A DNA stretch of 64,000 nt from the human T2T-CHM13v2.0 reference genome, Homo sapiens. The notes beneath the pieces are model-generated. The model had not been told where the DNA came from. It saw nothing but the letters and a program-made list of their open reading frames with translations, and ran no database searches. Numbering within the stretch: position 1 is the first letter of the stretch; each line of letters starts with the position of its first letter. The position numbers and the translations under genes were made by a program. This document shows, piece by piece, positions 1 to 13,070 of this stretch. Where the stretch lies: assembly GCF_009914755.1 (NCBI RefSeq), contig NC_060927.1. One strand, written 5' to 3'.

Positions 1-479
1 ATTGGCTTATGCCAGTCTCCTTACTCTGAAATTCTCAATTTTCTTGTATTACAGGATAAATATAAATATCATCTCACCAAATTGTACCAGCATTGTCCTA
101 AACATTTAAATTTTCCTTTATTTTTGGCCTTTAAAATTAGAAAATTTTCTCCAGTTGCTGCACTTAGCTTTTTAATTTTGTTTTCTTTTCACTTACCAGA
201 CTACTGGTATGATCTCTTTCACTGCAGTATGATTGCTGCTATGGTCACTTTTAGAGGAGATTGTGGGAAGGTTAGGATTTGGAGGAAACATGACAAAAAA
301 GGGAAGAAAAAAAAAAACCTTCATTTGACCACATCTGGCTGCTTGTATATTTAACCAGTTCTAGAATTAGAAAACCTTTCTGTACATTTTCTTCTATTTT
401 TCTCACTTTTTTCCTTACATAATGAAATTAAAACTTTTGGAGCCTACAGTTGACATTTTTCAGAAAATTGAGTTATCAA

Positions 480-900
480 GGCAGTAATTATTTCACGGGG
501 AGATAAAACTCTCATAGCCCTAACTGTCAAATAGGGCCCTTTTCAGATTTTAATTACAAAATAAAATTAGTCTGCTCTTCCTCAGAATGGTTTGTGAGTG
601 GTTAAACAGAGCTTTCCCCCAATACTGGTGGTCGTCAAACTCTGCTAATTAGCAATGCTGAGAAATTCCAGTTAACAAGGACATTCTCCAAGACTCTGCA
701 GGTTCCCTGCCGTTTGCCTTCATTTCCATAAGAAGATTAAGAGAGGAGGGGAACACACTCAAATGCAGATGCAGAAAAGAAGCGTTTTTTAACAAGCATC
801 ATAATAGTAAGATGCTTGGCTAGTTCTCACCTAATTACTGCAAGTTAAACCTCTATTTGACACTAAGAAGAAAAAATAAGTCTACAGTCCCCTGTCTCCA
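480..900. promoter_or_regulatory. SRR1 / N2 enhancer region (pluripotent cells and anterior neural plate)
   Basis: Lies about 3.6-4 kb upstream of the SOX2 TSS, where SRR1/N2 is known to be. Contains the palindrome TGCTAATTAGCA (643-654), octamer-like ATGCAGAT (763-770) and several TAAT cores. Boundaries are inferred. Confidence 0.65.
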
Positions 901-2275
901 CAAAATTGTTAGTTGGTTTCAGATATAATACTTGAGGAGTGCTGAGGAGACTTTAGGAGAGAAAAATCAATGTGCAAGATTTTGAAATAAAATTGAGTTA
1001 CACTTAACAGTTAAGGCCTTTTGGCTAGGGCCTATAATAGAACAAAATAAAATCAGAATATTCCAGGAGTCATGCATTTTTGTTACTAACTACTAATCTT
1101 GCTCTAAAAGTATGTAGCTTTTTGTTGCCCGTGGAAGGGAAGTGTTACACTCCCTTTAGATTAAGCACTTTCAATTTTCGTAAATTGTGCCAATGGCAAC
1201 ATTTTAGATTCTCAGAGGATGAAGCATCCTGTTCCAAGTCTTTTTTGATTGTCTAGTAGTCAATGGTATATTGTTGTTAGTACTGTAGCTGTCTATTACA
1301 AACCTAAAACAGTGTTGCTTCTGTCATCTATTGGAATCGTTATAGTTATTATATTTAGGGATCAGTGATGGTGCTGGATTGAAATAGAGTGGGCAGTGAT
1401 CTGATTTTTTAAAATGCATATGTTCTAAAAAATCTAATGAGAAAATGTTCCTGCTATCACCATCTTCTTTAATCTTATTTTCATAGCACATTATTATGCA
1501 TAATCGCCAGCCACAGTTAGTTTATTGTCTCGATAAGTACAGCAGGCTTAATTAAAATAAAGCTGTAAATAAATGCAACCAATGATAACACAATTGTAAC
1601 GTAATTCCATAGCTTATTAATGTGATAAAAGCAATTAATAAAAGACCTAGCCAACCCCTTTAACCTCTTAAATACATTATTATAGAGTTCATGCACAAAC
1701 ACATGCATCTGAGAATGTGTAAAAGTTGTTATATATCCTCCCAAGGAAAAAAATTGTGCCTTGAGAGAAAGGCAACGAGATTTAAAAGATTTGTGTCTAT
1801 AACCGTCTGTTATTAGTATTTATTTTAACAAATATACACCACCCTTATCCACACCAATTCCTTGGTTGTTTCTTCAAACAATTATCCACAAGCTTTTTAA
1901 AGTTTTTAGAATAATGCTATTAAGCAGACCGATGCATACACAATCATAAAGTGAATTCTTGGTCTGCCCTTTGTGGCGTCTGGACAATCATAATTCATTC
2001 ACATGTTGAATCTCATAATTTGTACCTATTTTTTCCCATGGTCTAACCTCCCACTTACCTCGAGGTTGTATGTATATTTCTAAGTTAGGCAAATTAAATC
2101 TGATTCTTATGATTTGGTTCCGCAGCTTATAAGATATGTTAACTTTTCTTTTGTTTAGATTATGTATAATTAGTCTGATCTTCCATCCCCCTCTTTTTTT
2201 TTTTTTTTTTACTTTAATTATTTTCAAATACCTTCTTTTAAAGGTAAAAGCAATAGTCTTGGAAAAGCGAATCTA

Positions 2276-2289
2276 CCAGCAGGGGGCGC
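2276..2289 (+). promoter_or_regulatory. CTCF core motif, forward orientation
   Basis: CCAGCAGGGGGCGC matches the CTCF core consensus and sits in a small GC-rich patch within AT-rich DNA. Confidence 0.8.
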
Positions 2290-4319
2290 ACCAGCCACAT
2301 CCCTGAAACCAGCCGCGCTGAAAAGCCGGTGGCCGCCTTCTCTTCCCCAGATCTTCTCAACCTTTTCTCTTTCCTAATCTCCAGGTCCGTGTTTACCTTA
2401 ATATTACACCTGGATTAAACAGAAAACAGTGCTGTATTTTGAAGAGCGCCGAATATGTATGCATTTTGAGAAACCCAATCTCACCCTTTCCGGGTTCCCA
2501 AGAACTAAAACAAGCCATAACTTGAGAGAAAAAGGAGAACCTTCGGGGGGCAGGAAGGTTGATTGGAAATAACTTAAGGAAAGTCTGCAGAATTCTTTTT
2601 TTTACAACTTTTCTGAGTTTCCAGTGGGTATATTTAGTGTGAGTTTGACAGTAACAGGCTAGGGAGGGCAGAGATTGGAGAAATTGGGGGTCGGGGGAGT
2701 GATTATGGGAAGAAGGTTAGTAAGGAACAAAACAATGCACCGTTTTGTAAAGATAATAAATGGAACGTGGCTGGTAGATACTATTCAGTACATTTTCTTA
2801 GGGTGAGTAAGGGTAGACCAGGGGAGGAGGGGGCGGAGAGAGTGTTACAGAAGAAAGAAAATAAGTAACCCTGATGGTTTAAGCCCTTTATAAAAAAGAA
2901 ATGGCATCAGGTTTTTTTTTCTTTATTCCCCCCCACCCCACCCTTTGTAGTCAAGTGCATTTTAGCCACAAAGATCCCAACAAGAGAGTGGAAGGAAACT
3001 TAGACGAGGCTTTGTTTGACTCCGTGTAGCGACAACAAGAGAAACAAAACTACCTATTTGTAACGGACGTGCTGCCATTGCCCTCCGCATTGAGCGCCTA
3101 CCTATTGAAATCTTTACGTCGGGACAATGGGAGAGCGGCTAAAATTACCCTCTTGGGTCCTGGGCGGGCAAGATTCCTGAGCCCCTACCCCCGCCCCCAT
3201 CTCATCCTCCTCTAACCCGGGCCTTGCTGGGCTCCCCCTTCCCCAGTCCCGGCCGCCTTCTCCCAGTGTGCGCTGCCTGCACCTGTGCCTGGAGAGCATC
3301 GACCCCGCCTCCCAGGCCTTGAGCCCCTTTGCGGCGCAGCCCCAGCCTTGCGCGGCCTGGGCTTTGCGGCCACCACAATGGAAATCTACGGGGAAAATGC
3401 CAGGGCTGGTTCTGCTGGAGTCCTGGGAACTCTGCGTGGGAGGGAGTTTGTGACTGCGGCCCAAAAGCCACCTCCATACAGTGCCGTGGGATGCCAGGAA
3501 GTTGAAATCACCCTCCCCCATCGCCTGCACTTTTGAGCGCCCTTCCGTCTGTGTCTTTCCCCAGCCCCCATTTGAAAGCCGCACGACCGAAACCCTTCTT
3601 ACGGGGAGGCATGGGATGGGAATGGGGAGTGGGGGCAGACAGTAGAAGCATCCCCTTTGCTACGGTTGAATGAAGACAGTCTAGTGGGAGATGTGGCTGG
3701 GGCTAAGAGGAAGAGCTGCAGTTTCCTGGGCCAAAGAGCTGAGTTGGACAGGGAGATGGCAGCTTACCAAGGCCTGCTGGTTCTCAGCTCTAGAGTCTGC
3801 CTTATGGTCCGAGCAGGATTTATTTTTAAGAACAGAGCAAGTTACGTGGAAGCAAGGAAGGTTTTGAGGACAGAGGTTTGGGTCTCCTAACTTCTAGTCG
3901 GGACTGTGAGAAGGGCGTGAGAGAGTGTTGGCACCTGTAAGGTAAGAGAGGAGAGCGGAAGAGCGCAGTACGGGAGCGGCACCAGAGGGGCTGGAGTTGG
4001 GGGGGAGTGCTGTGGATGAGCGGGAGAACAATGACACACCAACTCCTGCACTGGCTGTTTCCAGAAATACGAGTTGGACAGCCGCCCTGAGCCACCCACT
4101 GTGCCCTGCCCCACCCCCGCACCTTAGCTGCTTCCCGCGTCCCATCCTCATTTAAGTACCCTGCACCAAAAAGTAAATCAATATTAAGTTTAAAGAAAAA
4201 AAAACCCACGTAGTCTTAGTGCTGTTTACCCACTTCCTTCGAAAAGGCGTGTGGTGTGACCTGTTGCTGCGAGAGGGGATACAAAGGTTTCTCAGTGGCT
4301 GGCAGGCTGGCTCTGGGAG

Positions 4320-4500
4320 CCTCCTCCCCCTCCTCGCCTGCCCCCTCCTCCCCCGGCCTCCCCCGCGCGGCCGGCGGCGCGGGAGGCCCCGCCCCCTTTC
4401 ATGCAAAACCCGGCAGCGAGGCTGGGCTCGAGTGGAGGAGCCGCCGCGCGCTGATTGGTCGCTAGAAACCCATTTATTCCCTGACAGCCCCCGTCACATG
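4320..4500 (+). promoter_or_regulatory. SOX2: SOX2 proximal promoter (TATA-less)
   Basis: GC box CCCCGCCCC (4387-4395), octamer-like ATGCAAAA (4401-4408), inverted CCAAT box CTGATTGG (4451-4458) and E-box GTCACATG (4493-4500) directly before the recalled mRNA start. Confidence 0.85.
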
Positions 4501-5890
<1,390 letters not shown>

Positions 5891-7012
5891 GGGCCGGACA
5901 GCGAACTGGAGGGGGGAGAAATTTTCAAAGAAAAACGAGGGAAATGGGAGGGGTGCAAAAGAGGAGAGTAAGAAACAGCATGGAGAAAACCCGGTACGCT
6001 CAAAAAGAAAAAGGAAAAAAAAAAATCCCATCACCCACAGCAAATGACAGCTGCAAAAGAGAACACCAATCCCATCCACACTCACGCAAAAACCGCGATG
6101 CCGACAAGAAAACTTTTATGAGAGAGATCCTGGACTTCTTTTTGGGGGACTATTTTTGTACAGAGAAAACCTGGGGAGGGTGGGGAGGGCGGGGGAATGG
6201 ACCTTGTATAGATCTGGAGGAAAGAAAGCTACGAAAAACTTTTTAAAAGTTCTAGTGGTACGGTAGGAGCTTTGCAGGAAGTTTGCAAAAGTCTTTACCA
6301 ATAATATTTAGAGCTAGTCTCCAAGCGACGAAAAAAATGTTTTAATATTTGCAAGCAACTTTTGTACAGTATTTATCGAGATAAACATGGCAATCAAAAT
6401 GTCCATTGTTTATAAGCTGAGAATTTGCCAATATTTTTCAAGGAGAGGCTTCTTGCTGAATTTTGATTCTGCAGCTGAAATTTAGGACAGTTGCAAACGT
6501 GAAAAGAAGAAAATTATTCAAATTTGGACATTTTAATTGTTTAAAAATTGTACAAAAGGAAAAAATTAGAATAAGTACTGGCGAACCATCTCTGTGGTCT
6601 TGTTTAAAAAGGGCAAAAGTTTTAGACTGTACTAAATTTTATAACTTACTGTTAAAAGCAAAAATGGCCATGCAGGTTGACACCGTTGGTAATTTATAAT
6701 AGCTTTTGTTCGATCCCAACTTTCCATTTTGTTCAGATAAAAAAAACCATGAAATTACTGTGTTTGAAATATTTTCTTATGGTTTGTAATATTTCTGTAA
6801 ATTTATTGTGATATTTTAAGGTTTTCCCCCCTTTATTTTCCGTAGTTGTATTTTAAAAGATTCGGCTCTGTATTATTTGAATCAGTCTGCCGAGAATCCA
6901 TGTATATATTTGAACTAATATCATCCTTATAACAGGTACATTTTCAACTTAAGTTTTTACTCCATTATGCACAGTTTGAGATAAATAAATTTTTGAAATA
7001 TGGACACTGAAA
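5891..7012 (+). other. SOX2: SOX2 3' UTR with miRNA seed matches and a Pumilio element
   Basis: AT-rich. Seed matches: AACTGGA miR-145 (5904-5910), CGGTACG miR-126-3p (5992-5998), CAGTATT miR-200b/c/429 (6367-6373), ATAAGCT miR-21 (6412-6418), TTGCCAA miR-182 (6425-6431). TGTATATA Pumilio element at 6901-6908. Confidence 0.8.
6984..6989 (+). terminator. SOX2: SOX2 polyadenylation signal
   Basis: AATAAA about 20 nt before the expected cleavage site near 7010, followed by T-rich downstream sequence. Confidence 0.85.
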
Positions 7013-7760
7013 TTATTCTTGAGTCTTTCATTTATTTGGATAACACTGTGATTATACATAACTTTTCGGGGAATTATAATACTGTGCTCAGCCAAGAAAG
7101 CAAAATACCAAAAACCTTGGTATTACTAGTCCAGCATCATGTGCTAATGTTAACTGCAAAAAAGAAACGGCTGGATGATTAATAAGTACTGGAAAAATTG
7201 AAATTTCTGTCATTTCTAAAATAGAAACTAGAGACATATATTGTAAATCCGCCCCCTCCTTTTCTAAGCAGCATGAATAAGCATGATGGGGACCTATACT
7301 TAAAACTGATTTATGCCACTTGTTGCCAGAAAGGATTCAATTCTGAAATTTTTCATGTAGTTTAGCAGATGGGATATTGAGCCAAATCAGAACCAGGTTG
7401 GCTGGTTTTGTTTTCATTTTCTTCACAGCACAATGGCCCTTTGAAACCTGGCTATAGAGAAAAATGATGCTTCTTGTATCAGAATAATTGCAAACTAGAC
7501 ATGCAAAGTGTTCATCTGCTGGGTGGGTGTTTGGATTACTCTGGCCCTGCTATTGTCTGAGAGGAAACAAGTGGTTTGCTTTCTTTGTTCCTTGACTTCA
7601 TAAACTTTCTCCTCTACATTTTCCTGTTCGGGGAGAGGGAAAGAAAAGAACATCTTGCAAAACTCCCCGGCTTATCATAAACATAGTTTTTTTTATTATT
7701 TATTTTCTTTTTTCCCCTCTCTCTCCCTCTCTCCCTGAATTCCATTTCTTAAATTGGCAG

Positions 7761-7868
7761 CGCGGGTCCAAGCCTGTAGCCCCAAATCGGATAATCTCTG
7801 CAGCTGATAACAAGCAAAAGAGAAGCCAGGCAACAGCCATATTAAAGAAGAAAACAATCAACTCTGAG
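7761..7868 (+). ncRNA. SOX2-OT: Probable internal exon of lncRNA SOX2-OT
   Basis: Long pyrimidine tract (7685-7750), then GGCAG|CGCGGG acceptor and CTGAG|GTAGAT donor, giving 108 nt. Consistent with a recalled SOX2-OT exon just 3' of SOX2. Confidence 0.55.
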
Positions 7869-8639
7869 GTAGATATTTTACTTTGTCCGGTCTAATCACA
7901 TTTGGAGATGATTATGCTTTTGATCTGTTAACAATGTTTTACTACTGTAGTAGAGAAGTGGGGGAGGGGAAAGGGGTGGGGAAACAAGATTGGATTTGTT
8001 GTGTGGTGGTTTTTTTTTTTTTTTTTTTTTTTTGCCCTAGGAAAGGTAAAGAAAGGCTATAGTTGTCCTCAGTGGGAGTGGAAAAGTTGAGACATCGCCA
8101 TGGTCTTTGAATTAGCGATGCTTCTGCATCACCACCCACCCTTGCTTTGGGGCAGCCGGATAATCTGTTACCTAGTCAGGGACTTTTCTACTTTATTTAC
8201 TACTTGATTCGCTCGTCTTCCCCCACCCACGGGGACCAGGAACCAACAATCGGGCACTTTTAAGAGCACGGGTTTGCTTCCCACAATTTCAAGAGCTTGT
8301 GTCAACTTGCTACAACTTTGGAGAAGTTGGAATCCGGCAGCGTCTTCCACCCTTGAGTAAAGTACCCGCTGCAGCCACTAAGTTAGCTCATCCCGTTGGT
8401 TTGCATCTTCTCATTTCCAAGAAAGTATTTCTTTCTCATGGTGTTGCTAATGTTAGTTCTGGGCTGAACTGAGGATATCTCATATTTTCTGTACTTTCTA
8501 TTTTTTTCTAGATTGCTTTGTTTTAGATATGTACTGGTTTTTATTTATTACTTTTTTAATCCTCATTTTTAGGATAACATTGTACTGGGAAGGGACAATT
8601 ATTATTCCAGTTCCCAATTCTAAGCAAGGCATTTTCCCC

Positions 8640-8750
8640 CCTAATTAATGCAGAGACTCTAAAAGAATTTCCCCTAGCCTGGCCAGCCATTGTAATGCAT
8701 ATACGGATTATTCACGTGGTAATGAGCACATTCGCCAGTTCTTGCTCACA
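8640..8750 (+). promoter_or_regulatory. SRR2 enhancer with composite SOX-OCT element
   Basis: CATTGTA-ATGCATAT at 8688-8702 (mouse SRR2 is CATTGTGATGCATAT), about 4.2 kb downstream of the TSS. Flanked by CTAATTAATGCA and a CACGTG E-box. Confidence 0.92.
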
Positions 8751-11700
8751 CATACGAATAAAAGAAACTTTGAATAAAGATCCAAATGATCATCCTGGGG
8801 GAGTGGGGAGGATATTCCCGGAATTTGAGGCAGTCAAATATATAGATTATATATATTTTGAAAATAGAAATATATTAGAAATATGTATAGAGGTTTACAG
8901 TAATTGCACTGCACTCACCTCTCATTTTTTAAAAAAAAGCCCACAGGGTCAGCAACTTTCTGGCAAAATGGTCAGGTTCAAATATTTAGCAAAAGGAAAG
9001 GGAGCACAATATTTTGGGAAGTAGAACTAGCTTTGAATAATTGTCACTATCTGCATAAAACAAGAGAACTCCCGTTCCCCCTTCTACCCCTTCATATCGC
9101 CGAGCCAAATAGTTGAAAAATGAAAGTCAAAATATTTTGTTTGCAAATATAAATGCTTTTGATAACTACATCTGAGGGAAATGATATATATCTTGTACGA
9201 TCATTCATTTGATTAAATTAAATGGTTACCTGAGATATGTAATTTCATGGCTAGATTAATATCGAACATATAATATTTTAATAATAATGTGATTTTCAAG
9301 GAGAGTAAACCCATAAACTTGCCCAGAGATGGTTATCTCATGGTGCTGAAGATAGTTGTTGTTTAGTTCTTTTCCTCGGGATATTATTCTGCTCAATGAA
9401 ACCACTCAATTTCCAGTCAAATAGGGTGAATTTAAATGTTTTGTTAACTATATACACAGAATAGAAATGTGCAAAAGGATGAGAGTACAGTCTGTTCTTT
9501 CTGAAATTTTTTTCTCTCCCCAAACCACCCACCCCCCCCCACCACATACTTTAAATAAAGAGCGTTAAAATATTTTGCTGAGCTGTAGTAGATTAGCAAG
9601 GTTTCTTGCCAATGCTGGGAAGCTGGTATTACAGACCATCCCAGGGGAAAATGGCTCACATTAACCACTAAATGAATATTTGACAAGGGCTCATTCGGAG
9701 GTATTATTGCTATAAACGTGTCCCTACTGGACTTTTCAAGGGTCAAAGAGCAATGCTTCAATTAATTATTTAGACTGCTAGTAGATTTGGTGGTAATAGC
9801 TGTACTTATTTCTAGAAATCGACACATTCTTACAGTAGGAAAATCTCAGGAGAATCTTCTCCATCAGCAATACCTTGGATTGAAATACACACGGAGCCCT
9901 GGCATTCTGAAGCTGACTTTTTCATAAAACCTTTCCCTGGGCTGGTGGGGGGTGGGGGGCACAGAATTATAGTCTCTTTTTCTGTTTCACTGGCTGTTTT
10001 TTTCGGTTTAAAAGAAAAAAAACAGAATACAGTAATTTATCTTAATATCCACATCATGTGTGGCAAGGTCTTTTAGGGATTTGCAATATGGGGCAAAAGG
10101 GGAGGGTGCTCATTTACAACCTTTGCCTTTTCTAAGTAGAGATGTCACAGGATTTCAGAGACTCAGAGAGGCCCTGAATTTAGACAGGATACACATTCCT
10201 GTTTGCCAATAAAATGCAAGTTTGAAAGTGGAAGGTTCCATAAGCTGAGTACCCTTAGTTCTAGTAGTCTCGAGTAAATTGGGGTACAAGGTAGTTCCTC
10301 CTTCTCTCCCCACCTATTGGTCTGAACACTGCAAGGTGCAGTAGGGGGGCCAGTGTTCCATTTCTGCCATGTCATAGGTTCCTCTGTGGCCCTAGGTAAA
10401 ATGGTAAGGGAATGATTTTGAGGGTAAGATTCCTCGACAATAATATAAATTGAATGAATAAGAGATAAGCTGCAATGGTGGGGGGGGTGGCGGTGGGAAC
10501 AGTAATTACAAACCCAATTCATTCAGCTTTTCAGAACTTTTGTTGTGGGAGCTCCATTGACGGGTTTTGAGCTGCCAGTTTTCTCACATTAAAAAGAACT
10601 GATCAGCGCCTCAGGGGGACAAGAAATACCGCTTAACTGCATAGTGATGGGGTCTTCATTTAGAACCATTACAAGATGAAAATTAAACAGTGCCTTTGTG
10701 TGCATGAGGTTTACTTTTCAACTGCTAACAGTTTATAGCTAACTGCTCTGAGATTGAAGTTTGACTATGGTTTGATCGCCTGCTGATTGACGCTGCTCAT
10801 TTATTTATTTATTTATTTATCTGTTATAATTAAGAGAACTTTTCATCACCTCACCCCAGTTTCATTTATTGATCTTGGAGAATTTTGAAAAACAGATCCT
10901 CATATTTTTCTTTGTGGAAGGAGTTTCCTTTGCCATGAGCTTTAGCAGAGACTTCAGTTCACATTCCCCAACGGACAACCCCCACCCCACACACCCACAT
11001 TATTCCCTTAAAATAATTTGCATCTCATTCTCTGTTTTTTTTTCTGCTGCATTTTCTTGCTCTCCAAGCTAGAGTTGCTTTTCGGGCAGCAAGTAGGGTT
11101 GGAGATAGGGGTTAATTTATTTTTTTGCTTTGCTTTCTTTTTGTGACCTAAATTGGAAGAGGGCTGGATGGATTTCCTAAGGACTTCACCTATGAGGTGA
11201 ATCCCTCAAAGAAGGAAGAAGGGGGAGAAACTCTGACCTTTACTGTGAAAATATGGATACAGTCCAAAAGGACATAGTTTCCGGAGTTCTAGAGTAAGAA
11301 AAGCTGTGGAAGGAGCTTCCCAAAGACAGGAAAGTTGCCCAAACCAGATAATTAGTTTAGTGTCTTTCATAGTTATTTTCTATTAAAACTTTTCTGGAAA
11401 CCCGACATCTGTTACCACCAAGAGACACTTGTAACCTCCTCTCTCCCTGCTAACAGTGCTGTCCAGTTTTATGATTCTTGTTTTCAGTTTGTCTATTTTG
11501 CTTCTGTGGCCTTTAGAAAATAATGGACTTGACTTTCTTATTTTGACTAAGGGGATTTCTCTTTGGAAGGGTGGAGTATTAAGATAAGTCTAAGATTCTT
11601 GTCTGTGGCAGAAAGCTCTCTTTCTCTATTCGGAGTTCAGATGGATTTTATTTTATACTTTGGTATAATGGTGATATTTCTGATTCCTTGAGCACTTTGC

Positions 11701-11899
11701 TCAGTTTCTCTCCTAAAGCAAATAGAATGTCTTCTCATTTCGGGATGCAAAGATATTTGCTTCACCTAGGCGTTTGAACTTGAGATGCTTGTTCTACTCT
11801 GCAAAGAAGTGTCAGGTGATTTGAAAGCTGGAGGTGTCCTTCGTTTTATTACCCTAGTCTGCCTGCGTGTACAGAATGAAGGGTGCACTGTTTTATATA

Positions 11900-13070
11900 G
11901 AGTTCGGCGCTTTGAACTATCATTTGCCTAGCTCTCCCAGCTTCCGCGCGGGCCACGGCTCCGGGCTGTGAGCGCGCCGGCCTCCCGCCGGCTGCCCTGG
12001 GGAGCGCGCAGTGCCCAGTGCTGAGAGCCGACGCGCGGGCAAATTGAGGCCGAGCTGACGAGCTCCGGCGGGTGGACCTGACGTCACCGCGGCCCGGGTC
12101 ACCTCACCCATGGGGCTCCCCAAGAAGGTGCTGTGTGGGGCTCGAGTTCTCTCTGCCCGGGCTCTGCTCAAACGGTCGCATTCCCTCTCCCTCAGGCACC
12201 GACCCGCGTCAGACAAGTCTAGAAAGTCTCCCGAGGCGTTGGGGCCCTCACCACTCCAGAGTCCTCTGCCTCCTGCGCCCCAGCCCAAGCCCTCTCCATG
12301 TTGACCTCGTGACACGGGAGACGGTGTCTAGGCCCCAGATTCCCACCCACATCAGAGATTGTCTACCCAAGGGGATGTTTGTCCCTGTTTGTGGCCAAAT
12401 CTCAGTATTAGTGATCTCGCTCGGTTCTTCCCGATTAGAGGCCGAGGATTGGCAGGGCTGGGGGAAGCCCCCGGAGCAATCTGGGATCCCTGGAATATTG
12501 GGCCCCTCTGGATTAGAGCAGGTAGGGATGGGAAGATACAGACCCTTCACTTTCCCACTTGTGAGATAGGGATAATATATAGTTACCTCGAAGAAGATGA
12601 ATACAGAGTGCCTGACAAAACAGGCTTAATTGATAAGCATGACTTTACTTACTGCCCAGCAGAATTAGGGAAGGGAAGCAGTTCTCACGTTAGACTACAG
12701 AGAACAATACAGAAACCCCGGTCCTTTCTGGCCTTCCTGGCTCTGGACAGTGAAATTAGTCTTGTTCATACCACCCTTCTTACTTTTCCAGTGCTCTCTC
12801 TGACTTAAGATTTGCCTAGGAAGTTATCTTGCAAACTTGCCATCCCTGGGCATCGTCCTGAAGGGAGGGATCCCGGCATTCCGGGCAGGACCCGCCCCCA
12901 CCCGCAGAAGGCAGAAAAATAATTACTGTATTAAATAAGGAGCGGTGAATTCTTCCCAAGGGTTCTTATCGCTGGCGGCCAGGCCAGAAGCGGGACTGCG
13001 CCCCCACCCCCACCTCGTGACGTCAGGGCCTGCAGGGCTCCGGGGATGAAATGATTCGTTTGAGTGTTCC
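11900..13070. promoter_or_regulatory. Downstream CpG-rich element with two full CRE sites
   Basis: CpG-dense at 11900-12330 and 12870-13060. TGACGTCA at 12079-12086 and 13018-13025. Confidence 0.65.
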
